From Octopus sinensis (taxonomy: Eukaryota), in contig NC_042998.1 in NCBI RefSeq assembly GCF_006345805.1, forward strand, positions 120,094,001 through 120,158,000: a stretch of DNA of 64,000 nucleotides. The letters are read 5' to 3'. Made by a program: the position numbers and the translations under genes. This document shows, piece after piece, positions 35,926 to 48,520 of the stretch. Positions within the stretch are counted from its first letter, which is position 1. Every line of letters starts with the position of its first letter. The notes under the pieces were generated by a model, which saw only the letters and a program-made list of their open reading frames with translations, was not told the DNA's origin and did not search any database.

Positions 35926-37252
35926 GTTCTCCTGTTTGTGTGACATGGTGCAGAGTCCTTTGCCAGACACAGGGTCTTCCAGCAGCCACCCTCTTGACCC
36001 AGGGCAGCATTACCTTCTCCAAGCTCTTGATGTAGGCCTCCGTGTTGAGTCTGAGGCTGTGTAGGAAGATGAATGGAGGCATAACATCGCTATCAGTAGT
36101 GATCACTCCAAACACCATGATGTTGACTGGTTTTGGGGACATGGCAAGCTAATGGTTGTTCTGTGTGTTCACCTTCTGATCCTGGCAGAAATTTTTCTCA
36201 TCTGAGAAAAACCAAAGCATGTTCAGTTGGAGGGTCTTTGTGTTGCAGATGAATTTGTTGGTCTCTTGTCCAACTGCGCCCTACATAGAGAAGTCAAGTG
36301 GGTTGCAGTCAGGCGAGTTGAGAGACCAAATGTCAGGTGCTGTGTAATTAAAGAAATTCTCTGACAGCCAGGCCTGGGTCTTCCAGCTGGTGTGGCAGGG
36401 CGTAGAGTCTTGCTGCCTCATGTATGGTCTCTTTGTTGCTACCCAGTCGTTCTAGGACTTCACCACCTTGCTCAGAACGCAGATGTAGCTGTCAGTGTTC
36501 AGCCTGATGTTCTGAGGGAAAATGTTGGGTGGCACGACATTACCTTCACTGCTGATGACACCAAAGATCATGATTGTCACTGGAAATTTTGTCTGCATTA
36601 CTCCGTGCACATCCTTAGGCGAGACAGCAAACCTGTTGTTCTTGGAGTTGATCTTCTGGTCTTAACACAAATTCTTCTCAGAGAAGAACCACAGCATGTC
36701 TGGTTCCAGCTTGTGTTTCAACTTGTTGATCTGCTTCTTGGTCTGCTTGAGTCACTTTTCCTGCATTGCCTTGGACAGAAATTGTTCTTTCCTCATCTTA
36801 TATGAAAAGTAGTAAATGTCCTCATGCACTACCAGTCTGATGAGCTTTTTATCCATACCTTTTTCCTGTGCAATGGCATGCATTGGCTTGCTGGGATCAT
36901 TGTTGATGATCTAGATTTCAGTGATGCATTTCGGTATTCTGATGGTGTCGGATTGTCAAGCATGGGTTTTTTTTTCTCTGCTGTTATCTTGTAGTCAGAT
37001 CCTAAATCTTCCAGCTTCTTTTTGACCTTTCCCACCATTCTTCTGGTGATGCTGAGGAAGTCTGAAATTTTGTTTTTTCCATTTGGTGCAGTGGAGGGAT
37101 CAAAATTTTTCATAGCCAATTATTTTGCAAAAAAAAAAAAATAAAGCAAAAATGCTTATTGTTTTTAAAAAGAACAAGTCTGACAATGAAAGTTTAAAAA
37201 ATGTGCTTAAAATAGCAGTTGAAAATTGCAAACACATACCATCTGCACCCTG
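35925..37252 (-). mobile_element. maT/DD37D transposon fossil plus a second, diverged catalytic-core fragment in tandem (35925-36240)
   Basis: 5' end TA|CAGGGTGCAGATGG at 37252. The motifs LWFFSDEKNFCQDQK, IMVFGVI..G.V.PP.IF, QQDS.PCHT occur twice; W..NSPDCNPLD occurs in the main copy. Confidence 0.85.
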
Positions 37253-37284
37253 TATATATGTGTGGATATATATGTGTGTGTATT

Positions 37285-37680
37285 TGGTCTGTAGACCTCA
37301 GTAGAACTTCCAATTGTCTCCTATGCTATATATTTTAGTCTCCTTTTTGTCAAATACTTCAGTTAAGACTTCTCTTAATCTCTGACCATTTGATGGATCT
37401 TTAATCTTCTATATCTTCCTTCACAAGACAGGCTTGTATCTCTGATTCCTTCTAGCTCTAAGTCTGAAGTCGGTAATCACTAACCTCTGGGATAGTACAT
37501 CGTTCACTTGAGAAGGACATTTCATTTACATGTCTCTCACTGGTGAGAATATAGTCAATTTAGCTTGTGTACTCACCAGATTGACAGGTGATCAGGTAAC
37601 TGGCTATTCTCCTGAAGTTAATGTTGCAGAGATCATATAGTCACTTGCATTATAGAGCTCTAAGAGTCTCGTTGCCTTCT
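37285..37680 (-). mobile_element. Old RTE fossil (end of endonuclease / linker)
   Basis: Minus strand colinear with 51440-51830 (NFR..SYLITCQSG..IDYILT..LKDPSNGQR). Confidence 0.72.
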
Positions 37681-38039
37681 CATCTGAGAATGAAATCCAT
37701 AAACTGGGTGTGTGTGTGTTTGTGTATAGAGATATGTGTACATATATGTGTGTATAACAAAACAAGATGGAAAAGATTTTGTATTATTTATTCACCATTA
37801 CACATGTTTCATTTGATAATAGGAATTACAAAGTTTTATATATTAGATAAACTTGTAAGAAATAATACATACCTTACATTAATGCAACAGTAACAGCATT
37901 TACATACTGGATTATAATACTGGAATAATTAGATGCGTTTCAAGAGGACACAGCTTGGATTTTACCATACATACATAACGTGTGTGTGCGTGTGTATACA
38001 CACACACACCCACACTCATGTATGCTCGCATGTACATAC

Positions 38040-39520
38040 AGAAGTTGCAATCATCAGCATGAAGAAGGTCACAAATAAGAAACTGAGCAACTTTTGTATT
38101 GGCAGCAAACCAATACAAGTTGAAGAGATAACCAGATGATCAATGCCTCACTTAAATCCCAGAAGAGCAATCCACAATAAAAGCACAAGTGAGAGTATCA
38201 GCAAAATACTTGAGCAAAAGATGTCACCTTGCTTGATATCATTCTCTCCAGGTATGTGTCCCGATACCTCTGACATTGACCCATGCCTCCATCACTTCAT
38301 GAAATGATTTAACTATCAATACAAAGTGACCTGGACAATCAAGTTTGCTGAGTATTTTCCACAGGGAGGCCCTATTCATAATATCAAAGTCTTTGATTAA
38401 ATCAATGAGAACCTAGACAAGATCCATATTCTGCCCATAACACTTCTGCCTCTGTCTTGCTGTGTTAACCATATCCATTGTTCTTCTACCAGAAAGAAAA
38501 CCACATTGAGATTTAGACAGGATGTCATTTATGAGGTGTTTATTCAGGTGGGTAAGAAGGATACTTGCCAGAACCTTGCCAGCTGATATTGATGCAACAC
38601 CTCTATGATTGCCACACATTATTCTAACTCGCTTTCCATTATAAAGAAGAAGGATAATTGAGTCTTTCTAGTCCTTGGGAACAGCACCAACCCTCTAGAC
38701 TATGTTAATAAGCCTGTTAAGATTCTGTGTGATACAACCTCTACTAAAGCACATAATCTTGTTTATGTGGATGATTGTGACTTGTTTGCTCATACAGTTG
38801 ATGACATGCAAATTCTTGTGGATCATATTTATGCATCTTGCAAGGTATTTTAGATTCAGCATTAGCCTGGACAAGCCTGCTGTAATGTTCCAGCCCATGC
38901 CAGGAAACTCATATGTGAAACCATCTTAGTTGAAGGAACAGTACAGAAAGTGGTAGACAAGTTAGCCTACTTGTGCTGCACACTCAACTATTCTTGCTCT
39001 TTGGATTATGAAATATCTTTAAGCCTTCAGAAGGCAACTGATTCCTTCAGGGGTCTTGAGTCTCCTACCATCACAAGATAAACAAAAATTGCCATGTACT
39101 ATGTGTGTATCCTGACATTTCTCCTTTACTAAAGTAGGATGTGCACTCTTCCAGGCATCATGTAAGGGCCCTTGAACTTTTTATTGATGTCACATCCTGA
39201 AAGTTGGCTGGTCCTTGTGAACTCCAGACACAGAGGTCTTGAGAGGAACTGATGTCCTGAGCATTGAAGTGATGGTGCTTAGGCACTGTTTACACTAGAC
39301 TGGACACCTTGTTCAGATGAGCAGCCAGAAGATCCCTAAGCAGATGCTATATATTTGGCAAACTTGATAGTGGAAAGTGCTCACAGCAGAAACCAACACT
39401 ATGATTTAAAGACTGTATAAAGACCTTATTCAAGGCATGTGATATCAATTGGAAAAGCAATGCTTGCCATCACTGCCAATAGAAGAAACAAGCAGAGGAA
39501 GGAGTGGACATGTTAAAAAA
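38040..39520. mobile_element. BovB-type RTE fossil(s): minus 38040-38685, plus 38693-39520
   Basis: Minus: CGNHRGV..AGKVLA..SQCGF..GR.TMDM..KQG..LFNL..LLHADDC. Plus: LVYVDDCDLFAHT..MQ..LDK..VMFQP..LRH..WTGHLVQM. Confidence 0.78.
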
Positions 39521-39559
39521 GCATATGCCTCTTTCATGCAGAATTTAATGTTTCCTAAC

Positions 39560-40110
39560 CCAGGATGAGTGTTGGGTTCATCACTTTGAGCCAGAAATAA
39601 TCCATGCAGTGGAAACAACCCTCCTCACTTGCTCCAAAGAAGGCCAGTCATTTCTTCTGCAGGGAAAGTGATGGACTCAATTTTTGGGGGATGCAAAAGG
39701 CATTGTGTTTATTGACTGTCTTCAAATGGTCCATACCATCAATGGGAGTACTATGTCAACTTGCTGAGGCATTTATGAAAGATTATTAAGAACCAAATGC
39801 CCAGAAAAACTGACGAAAGGGGTGTTGTTTCATCAGGACTGTCACTTTGATCAATATCCTTATTCTACTGATTTGGCCCCATCTGACTATCATGTGTTCC
39901 CCAACATGAAAAAACACTTGGATGGATACCAGTATTGCAGTGATGATAATGTCATATCTATTACTGATGACTTTTTTGACAAACAAGATAAAAGCTTCTT
40001 TACTAGTGGGAAGAATGCAAGCACTGCAACAGAAATGTGTGGACTATGTTGACTGAGATACTCTCATTCCAAGAGAATACCTTGGTCAGCACATGGAATT
40101 TTCAGCTGAT
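39560..40110 (+). mobile_element. Mariner transposase fossil (DD34D core to 3' end)
   Basis: DECWVHHFEP, SMQWK, SAGKVM..FWDAKG, GVLFHQD, YSTDLAPSDYH.FPNMKKHL motifs. Confidence 0.85.
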
Positions 40111-40323
40111 CCTTGTGTGTGTGTATGCACATGCATGCACATATATAAGTATGTACATGTATAATTTTATAAATAAGAATACAATGGAGAAAAAACAGAC
40201 AGAGTTGGAATTCCTTTGAATTATATATATCCCTCTATACACAATCGTACAAACCCCTTTATATATATATTTTTATACACACACAAACACACAGATATAT
40301 ATATATACACACACACACATATA

Positions 40324-41215
40324 CAGAGATACACAATCCTTTATCCGGAACCTTTGGGGTCATTTGTTCTGAATTTCAAATTTTTTCAGATTTCAGAACA
40401 AAAGCCATCTGCTCCAGATTGTAAACTAGACATCAAAACAGACATCCTACCATGGTAGCAAAAGCACATGTATACATACAGTGGGGAAAATAAAGATTAC
40501 AAATATTGTTACAGTTTATTTACAGAGTAATATACTGGTAAATGAAATAGTGAGATAACTAAGACCATACATATAGCAAAATACATAAAGTAGAATAATT
40601 TAAAATAAAAATACACGATCCAGAAGTACAGGTATACACCTTACCATAATATTTCTGTAGAGAGACATATAAGGATTCACACTAATTTGAATAAAGAAAA
40701 ACTACAAATGGTATAACAGTTTATTTATATGCTAGAGCCATAAATTAGTTCAAACTAGGCTAAATATGTATCTGCAGTTAAGTTGTAGAACATAGTTTGT
40801 CAGTGTCACCAATGTTGTCATCAGGTTGCCGGCAAATTTCTGACAGGATTCTCAAGTGATGAAGTAGCACTTCTTCAAGTGTCATCTGTCTCACCAGCAT
40901 AGGTTTCTGTCTAAGCAATGTCTCTTTAATTGAGCGAACTCTCATAATCTGTTGCTTACTGATAAATGTATGTTGTTCAAGGCCAGCTATTAACTGCTCA
41001 CAGATTTTCACTATATCGTTTATTGGAATTTTTTCACTTATGTTGTCTGTCATTTTTATCCATATTTAACTCCATTTCAGCAATTTTCCCATCACTCAAG
41101 GAATGCACAACAGGTGCATCATTGTCTATGTGTAGCATTTCTTCAATGTCTGCTTCTTCTAGCTCATACTTCTGCACATTAAACTTTAACTTACAAGTTT
41201 TGATATTTCATTAGT
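40324..41215 (-). mobile_element. Tigger4/Zombi-like pogo transposon 3' fossil with one TIR
   Basis: LEEADIEEMLHIDNDAPVVHSLSDGEIAEM and EKIPINDIVKICEQLIAGLEQ..LLRQKP.L.RQMTLEE. End TA|CAGAG..CCTTTATCCGGAACCTTTGGGG..ATTTTTTCAGATTT resembles the Tigger4 terminus as I recall it. Confidence 0.75.
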
Positions 41216-41974
41216 GACATGAAATCCTCTGAACTTGTTATCTATAGGGTCGTTTTTGTCAAACACCGTTATTGGTCATTCTGTGCACACCTTGAATCCT
41301 ACCAAATCTTTACAGTTGTTGCTCAGTTTTCCTCCCCTCACCCATTCCCTCTTTCACTTCTCCATACACTCTTGCAGCATACACCCACCCACACTTCTGG
41401 TTCCTCTGCTCCTATTCACGTCATACTTCAAGGGTCCACTCAGACACCTCATCACCACCATTGCAATAATTTTTCAGTTTTATTCTGACTTTCAGTATGT
41501 GAATGGTCTTGTAACTCTTGTATAGCAGGAGACCTCTTCTTTCATGCTTTAACCCTTCATCTCTTAACATAAAATCAATCCTGAATTTCATAGTCTTGCA
41601 AGCCACATGGTGATCTCACTTGTGCCAGGGGTTTGAAAACTGCACTCAGTACATGCTGTAAAGTGGTTAGTGTTAGGAACATGTAGAAACCAGGTCAAAA
41701 CAGACACTAGGACATGATTCTTTCGTTTGGCCCAGCTGATCCTGTCAAATTGGCCAGCTCATGGGACATGCATGTTAAATGATGATAATAATGATAAATA
41801 TTTATATGTATTGTTATACTTGTGGATAATCATGTTTTGCCAATTAAACACTTAAGTATAACAACAATGTTTCAGCACATGATTTTATATCAAGAATCTT
41901 GCAAAACGATTATATAAATGTATTTATATATATATATATGTATTCATATATGTTTGTATTTATATATATATATT

Positions 41975-42340
41975 CTCAGAATAAATGACAGAGAGATGCT
42001 TGTGTTAGAACTCCAATGCTACATAATAGTGAAACATGGTCCCTGAATGCAAGGGACTTGCAAAACAAGAAGGAAATGAAGCTAGTATATGCTTTTGGAT
42101 GTCCAGTATCAGTATGCATGAATGACAAATACAATTGTGGTGAGAGAAAAATTGGACATAAGAGGAATCGTGTGTAGTTTGCAAGAGAGAAGAGTGCACT
42201 TATGGTCATGTGGTGTATGTAGACATGAGCAACTATATATATAGTGCTGATCTCTAAATAAGGATGGATGGAATAGTGAAGATGTCTGAGTGTTGAGCCT
42301 CATGTAAGGAATGACAAAGGACTGAGATGATTGGTGATTT
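41975..42340 (+). mobile_element. Old RTE 3' ORF fossil
   Basis: ACVRT.MLH.SETW.LN..DL..EGNEAS..REKLDIRGI..QERR. Confidence 0.7.
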
Positions 42341-42650
42341 GCTCAAGAAGACCCATCATCACAACAAAACTGAGGTCATAAAGGCATTATTGTTTATGAG
42401 TATATGCACAGCTAGGCCTTGCACCCAATTTGCCCCTGCCAAGTCTTTCCCATCTACCTGTCACTACTCTAACTATTGCATTGTTCTGCTGCTGTAATTA
42501 CATGAAAACAAGATTACATTACTTATCCAGTTTTTGTGATAGCAGTTATTTCTCTCTCTCCTGGACACACTTTTGACCATCCTTCCCTCATTATTAATAT
42601 CATCCTTTCTCACTTTTATTTTTCTCTGATCACTGTGCCAATGTGATGTA

Positions 42651-43242
42651 TCTATACATATAAATTTGACATGGCGATTCTTTCTTGTCTTGGAATTCAC
42701 GGTCAAACTGATGGGTGGAATTGCACAAAAAAATTACACAGATGTATAGAATGATTTGGTGGTGATGCTGGGCTTTGTATTTTTTCATAGCTCCCATGGT
42801 TACCGAGATAATCTAATATGATAATACTCTTTTGTTTATGAATGAGGGAGGAAGCGGTGATAGATGAATAAGGAAGGAAGGGGTAATGTCATACTTGGTA
42901 GTGGGATGATGGAAATTGTATGCTGAAAAAATAAATCAAACAGCGTTTCAACTGTGTGAATGTAAAGGGGGGGTATGTGAATATGTGTGCGTGTGCACGC
43001 GCAATGGAAGTGGGATGGTTCATCTTTGTTTGTTTAGTATTTGGGTTTATTTTTTGATTTGGTTGAATCTTGGTTGGTTTATTTTTTTGTTGGTCAGTTA
43101 TTTTTAGGGTTTTGACAGAAAAAAGTCATTCTAAAATTGCTTTTTAACGTAAGCATGCCCAAACAAATCAAATGCTTACACAGAGCATGTTTTACAGCTA
43201 CATCATCCAAACCGACCAGGTGAAACCGGGTTTAGCTGCTAG
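42651..43242 (+). mobile_element. Non-autonomous Helitron, 592 bp
   Basis: 5' A|TCTATACATATAAA, 3' subterminal hairpin CCAGGT-GAA-ACCGG about 10 nt before CTAG|T; inserted between A (42650) and T (43243), no TSD. Confidence 0.8.
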
Positions 43243-45652
43243 TTACATATAAATACATACATTTATATATATATATATATATATATGGACGTATCTCTCT
43301 TTCTCTCTCACCCCTCTATCTTTATATCTATCCGTCTGTCTGTCTGTCTTTTAACGGTTACTTTTCCATGCTTGCATGGGTCGGGCAGAATTCATTGTGG
43401 TAGATTTAGCACCACGCCGTATCCTTCCTGTCTACAACCATCACCTGTTTCCAGGCAAAATAAAGCTTCCTCCATGGCCGAGGAGAAATATTTCACAGAT
43501 GATGGGAAAGAAATGACACCGTTTGTATGATGGTGACATTCATTTACAACTATCGTGCGATGTTAAGACACGGACACAGTACACAAACACACACAATGGT
43601 TTTTTTTTGTTTTTTCAGTTTCCATCTAACTCCATTCATAAGGCTTTTTCAACCCTGATGTACAGGGGTAAATACTGGCTAAAATGTAACGCAGTGGGAC
43701 TGAACCCGAAACTAGATAACTAGGGAGTGGACGTAACCATACAGTCATGCCTGCATCTATGTATGTCAGTGTGTGCGCGTGAAAGTATATATTTACATAT
43801 ATGTGTGTGTTCGTATTTGATCGACACAATTGTATATCTGAATATTAATGAATGTTTACGTAAATGCATTTTCTGAAGTCTACATATCCAAACCCATTTT
43901 GAAACATACCCGTTAGCAATGCCTTTCTATCTTTTGTTCATAACCCGCCGAAATGACGCGCAAGATGCTATTCGTTTACTCCGAGTACAATATAACTCTG
44001 TATTTGTTCCCTATCCCTCTATTTCTTTCTGACCCACCTCTCTCTCTCATGTGTTGTAATGACTGTTGTAATTTTTTGGGCCTTTCAGGTCACAGAATTT
44101 TCATCGATATTTCCTTACCAAAAATTTCAGTTCCGAGTTTGATAGGAATGAGCGGTAGTAAATTAGGAGACAACTTAGTTTGATGTTATTTATTCTTAAA
44201 AATCAAGGCGTGTTATTTGAAATGTGTCGCTGCATTAAAATATATCTGTTGTATACGTTTTTTATATTTCATCTGACTTCAGATTTCTAACATGTTTTCA
44301 GTTATTTAAGGAGGAAAGAAACAAGACAACCATATATTTAAATTAAAGAAAAAAAGACAACTTTCATTGATTAACTTCTTTATTTTGAGTCATTTATTCA
44401 AAATAATTTCACGTTCACACACACACACACACACACATGTACGCACGCAGCACTGTAGCATAATTACTAGGTATTTCTGTTATTTTGTTTGCTTAGCATA
44501 TGTAGCGGAAGGAAGCTATGTATGTGTGTGTGTGTGATGCGAGATATAGAGGAATTGTACTGTTGAAATAGAAATGAAGTGAACGGTTTCTTTGGAGACG
44601 TGTTTCTCACTATTTGAACAAATGTTGTTGCTTAATTGTTATTAATATTTTGCATTGCCTTTTTTTTTTTAAACCGTTTTCTTAAACCCCTTTAATTTAT
44701 GCATTAGCTGGTTGACCCTAACCTGACATTTACAAGTAGCTTTCATGAATTCTCAACCGAAATGTGTATCAATGTGTTCTCTCTCTCTCTCTCTCCCTCC
44801 CCGTGTAGTCACTCGAAAAATGAATTACTTTGAAAATGTTTAGAGAGAATTTTTAATTGTTCAGTAGCTCTTTGATTTCGTATATAAATCGGTATCTGTT
44901 GGTTTTCCGCTTCTTTCATTAGATTCTTCGACGGAACGGTCTCGTTAGTTAGAAATTTTAGAATAATTTTACACCGAACACACATAATCTAGAAACCGCT
45001 TTATCATTTCTGTAATTTATTCAAGTCCATAGCTTCTCTCTGGCAAGCATTCGACTTACTGTCATTTCATGCACCTCATTATATCATTCTTAGGTTATGC
45101 TGTCGATAATGTGATTCATTTAATTTCTTATGTAGCGATTCATTTAATTTCTATTATATTCTTCTTTAATTAAAACATTAATTACATGTGGGATAAGATA
45201 CACGCGCACACCACATGACCGTATCATTGCATCGTTTCATGTTTATCTCTGCGAATCTCTCATTATAATATATATATATATAATTATTCTATGTTATTGC
45301 GTCCAAAATCAGGGGTATTCACGGATTAAAAGCTTGCATCGGTGCAAAATTTTCATTGGTGAAAGTACATTTTGCAACTCGATAATATAATTTGTAGTAT
45401 AAGACCGGGGTGGGGGTGATGCTGAGACTAAGTGATGGAAGAAAGACCTAGACACAGGCCGACTGTCTTGTTATCGTACTTGCAACACCTATATTAAGGC
45501 TAGACTCATTCCCTTCTTTTTCTCTACATTTAACACACGTACACACATTACTCATTTCTGAGTGGTGGGAGGGAGGGGTAAAATTTCGTTTTGATGAATC
45601 CTCTAAAGACTAGCATAGTCTTTAGTATGATGTATGTGTGTGTGTGTATGTA

Positions 45653-45703
<51 letters not shown>

Positions 45704-47130
45704 TTATATCTGTGTGTATAATTATTAAGAACATGTGTAAACACTTCTGGCCTACGACTGTTACTATATGTATTTCATATACTTATTCTTATGTAGTGAT
45801 ATTCTTTGTATTAATTAACTTAATATCAATTGCACCACCTATATTTTTGCTGCTCTTTTCGTCTTATTTAATTAAAATTTAGTATTCAACAATTTCATAT
45901 AGATGCTTCATATGTAATTCGAATTACGAATCACCTTTAAAAAATGTGGATATTCTCATTGAGCTACATTATAGAAAGGTACCCACTTTTTGTTATAGAA
46001 TTTTACAGTAGCGATTCTTTCAATGGTAATCATTGTTAGTTAATTATAGCACTGTAATTCATGTCAACAACTGGAGCATATTTTATTGTTTCAGTGTTGC
46101 TCATAATCATCAGTGCTCGTCTTGAATCATCATGCCAGCTCCCTTTCCACCTAGTTTTCCCAGTTTCCTGTTCTTTAACTTCCTCTAGACTGAAGCTGAC
46201 TAGTAGTTCTTCTTACTGTTAAATTGCCACTTTAAAGCGTTAGAACCATTGAGGGAGCGTCTGTGCGGTTGCTCGACCTATTATCAATAGCAGTCATTTC
46301 TCTTTCAGATCACACTCTTCCATCATTGAAAAACACATTAATACCGAGAACCCTAACTCCCCACCCCTCACCGCATGTTCACGATTGGAATAACTGAACA
46401 TAGGTGTCTGCTTAATCAAGGTTTCACCGGTGATGAACAACTTAGTGTGTCGCCCCCCCCCCCTCCAAATTTAACTTGAGGTCAACTCTGGTCGCGCCTA
46501 CCTATTATCAAAGATGTTCCCGCCCTGACCACCCTATCTTTTTTTGTATTCAGTATTTCAATATTCAGTTTGTCCTTTTTTTTTAATGGTTGAGATTTGG
46601 CTGCCATTTCTAGCAGGTTTAATACCCGCATAGAGGCTTCCTCAAAGCGTAATGTCATATGCAAAGGTATGCTGTTTGTTTAAAAGTATTAGTTATAAAC
46701 CAAATATGTCCACATGAATAAAGTATGTCCATTATATCAGTGCAGTTGATTATTAGTTTTTGTCTTGGACTATCTCAGCTATGATACTAAGAGAATTATA
46801 CTATTATAGTCACTACAGCTTTATATTCAGATCTTTTGAGAGCTTCATTCAGAATAGTATGTAGTAGTGTTTACAAATGTTTGTTATGTATTCTCTCACA
46901 TAACAAAGGAATTAGAGACGAACTGGAAGCACGTTCACTTCTTAATTTACCCACTAGCGCCTGCACACACAGTACGGAGAGCCTTTCAGCTGAATCATGC
47001 CAGAAAATATAACTGTTGTTAATAGTTGTGGGGTGATGGCAGTTAAGTGACGTGTTATTAGTTCTGTAATTAGAAATTGTTAAATCTAATAATACGTATA
47101 AATTAATGATTCGTATTATCACAAACGTAT
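42660..47130. promoter_or_regulatory. CpG-retaining domain 2, putative second promoter region
   Basis: 8 CG in 44881-45000 (hand count) against near-zero CpG in flanking unique DNA; minus-strand donors at 44118 (TTG|GTAAGG) and 45060 (ACA|GTAAGT). Confidence 0.45.
43349..43754 (-). mobile_element. tRNA-SINE head 1 + tail A, full length
   Basis: Minus strand GCAGGCATGACTGTATGGTTA .. CGGGTTCAGTCCCACTGCG .. GACCCATGCAAGCATGGAAAAG. Confidence 0.8.
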
Positions 47131-48443
47131 CAGTTAAGGATGGATAATGTATTGTTTAACTAATATTTAATTATAAATTTCAAGACTTTCACCTGAGAGC
47201 TTAAGATTTTGTGAAGGACAATGTCAAACCAGGGGATGCAAAATATGTTAACATTTTGTATGATGCTCATGTGAGAGAAGTTAATTGATATTAATAGAAT
47301 ATAGATATTTATACTATTTAGTATAGCTGTCTTTTGAAAGCTGAAATGGATTTTTGTTTTTTAGAAGTTCTAAAATGAAGAGAGATGTATTAGCTCATTG
47401 AAGGAAAGATTTAGAGTCCTAGCATATTGCTGTAAGTTAGAGTACAATTCAATAAAATATCTAGTAGACTGTACTGGAATGAAGGAGAATGAAAGTAACT
47501 TTTGGTAGTTCTTGCCAATTGTGTGTGTTTGTTCACGAACATACTCAACTGGAAAATGTCCAACATGTAAAGTCAGAATTTTCAGTTGTGAATATGACAG
47601 AATTTAGTGGAAACGGTTGCTGTAATTTTGAAGTACACAGAATTTTGGTACAATTTATGTATCAATATCTTGACTACTTTTGTATCAGTATCTTGATTTA
47701 TTTTTTGTTTTTGTTCCTGAGCTAATTGAAAATATGTCCGCTTATATGTTAATGAAAAAAGTGATAAGTGATGTAGATACATGGGGAATATATTGTTGTC
47801 CAAAAGACATTGTTTCAAAGCTTTAATAAACATCCAATATATGGACAGTCTAGCTTTTGTCAGTATTTATCAGAAATGACTTCATAGAAACAGTGAGTGA
47901 AACTGTTTTTAAGAAATCTGAGATTTATATTGGAAATTCATTTTGTTAATCAGTATAGTTTGTATTTTTTCCTTTGTTATCAAGTTTTATTTAATACTTT
48001 AGATTCTGTTGTTTGTTAAGATCAGATTTGTGTTGTTCACTTGTCCATTGTACAAACCACTTGTAGTAGTTGATACATAATAAATGTCTGACTTTTCAAG
48101 ATCCATAAGCTCATAATGCCAGTATTTGGCTTCCTAATCAAGTCATTGAGATGATTTTTTCCACTTAGATATGATGCTACTCTGTTAGAAATAACATTAT
48201 TACAAGACTGGATATGTATGTCCAAATTTTTTCGTTTAGACTTGTCTACAGGTTCATAGCCACTTTACTCAGACACGGTGTTATATTAGCTATCAATAAT
48301 GATATTCCCTCTGATTTTTCTGATTTTCAAACCTATTTATCTAATGTTTATTTATCGACAATGCCGTCCCCAGTCAAATTCCCTCACACCGCTTATTGTC
48401 ACGTGTCCCTTGACCTCTCTCTCTAACTAACCCTCTCTCTCTC

Positions 48444-48520
48444 TCTCTATGTTCCCCCTTCCCATAACCATCATCGCCATGGTTCTCTATGCCCCCCCCT
48501 CCCAAAACCATCATCGCCAT
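48444..48520 (+). repeat. Tandem duplication, period 40 bp, at the 5' junction of the Tx1 element
   Basis: TCTCTATG(TT/CC)CCCCC(T/C)TCCCA(T/A)AACCATCATCGCCAT at 48444-48480 and 48484-48520. Confidence 0.9.

Noticed and set aside
44089-44183. Phase-1-compatible plus-strand exon candidate (GHRIFIDISLPKISVPSLIG)
   Set aside because: Good acceptor but only a weak donor, and a stronger donor lies on the opposite strand. It cannot be linked to the 19182 exon.
46909-47012. Open frames on both strands (GIRDELEARSLLNLP.. and AERLSVLCVQALVG..)
   Set aside because: Short, with mediocre splice sites, no recognisable domain and no way to choose a strand.
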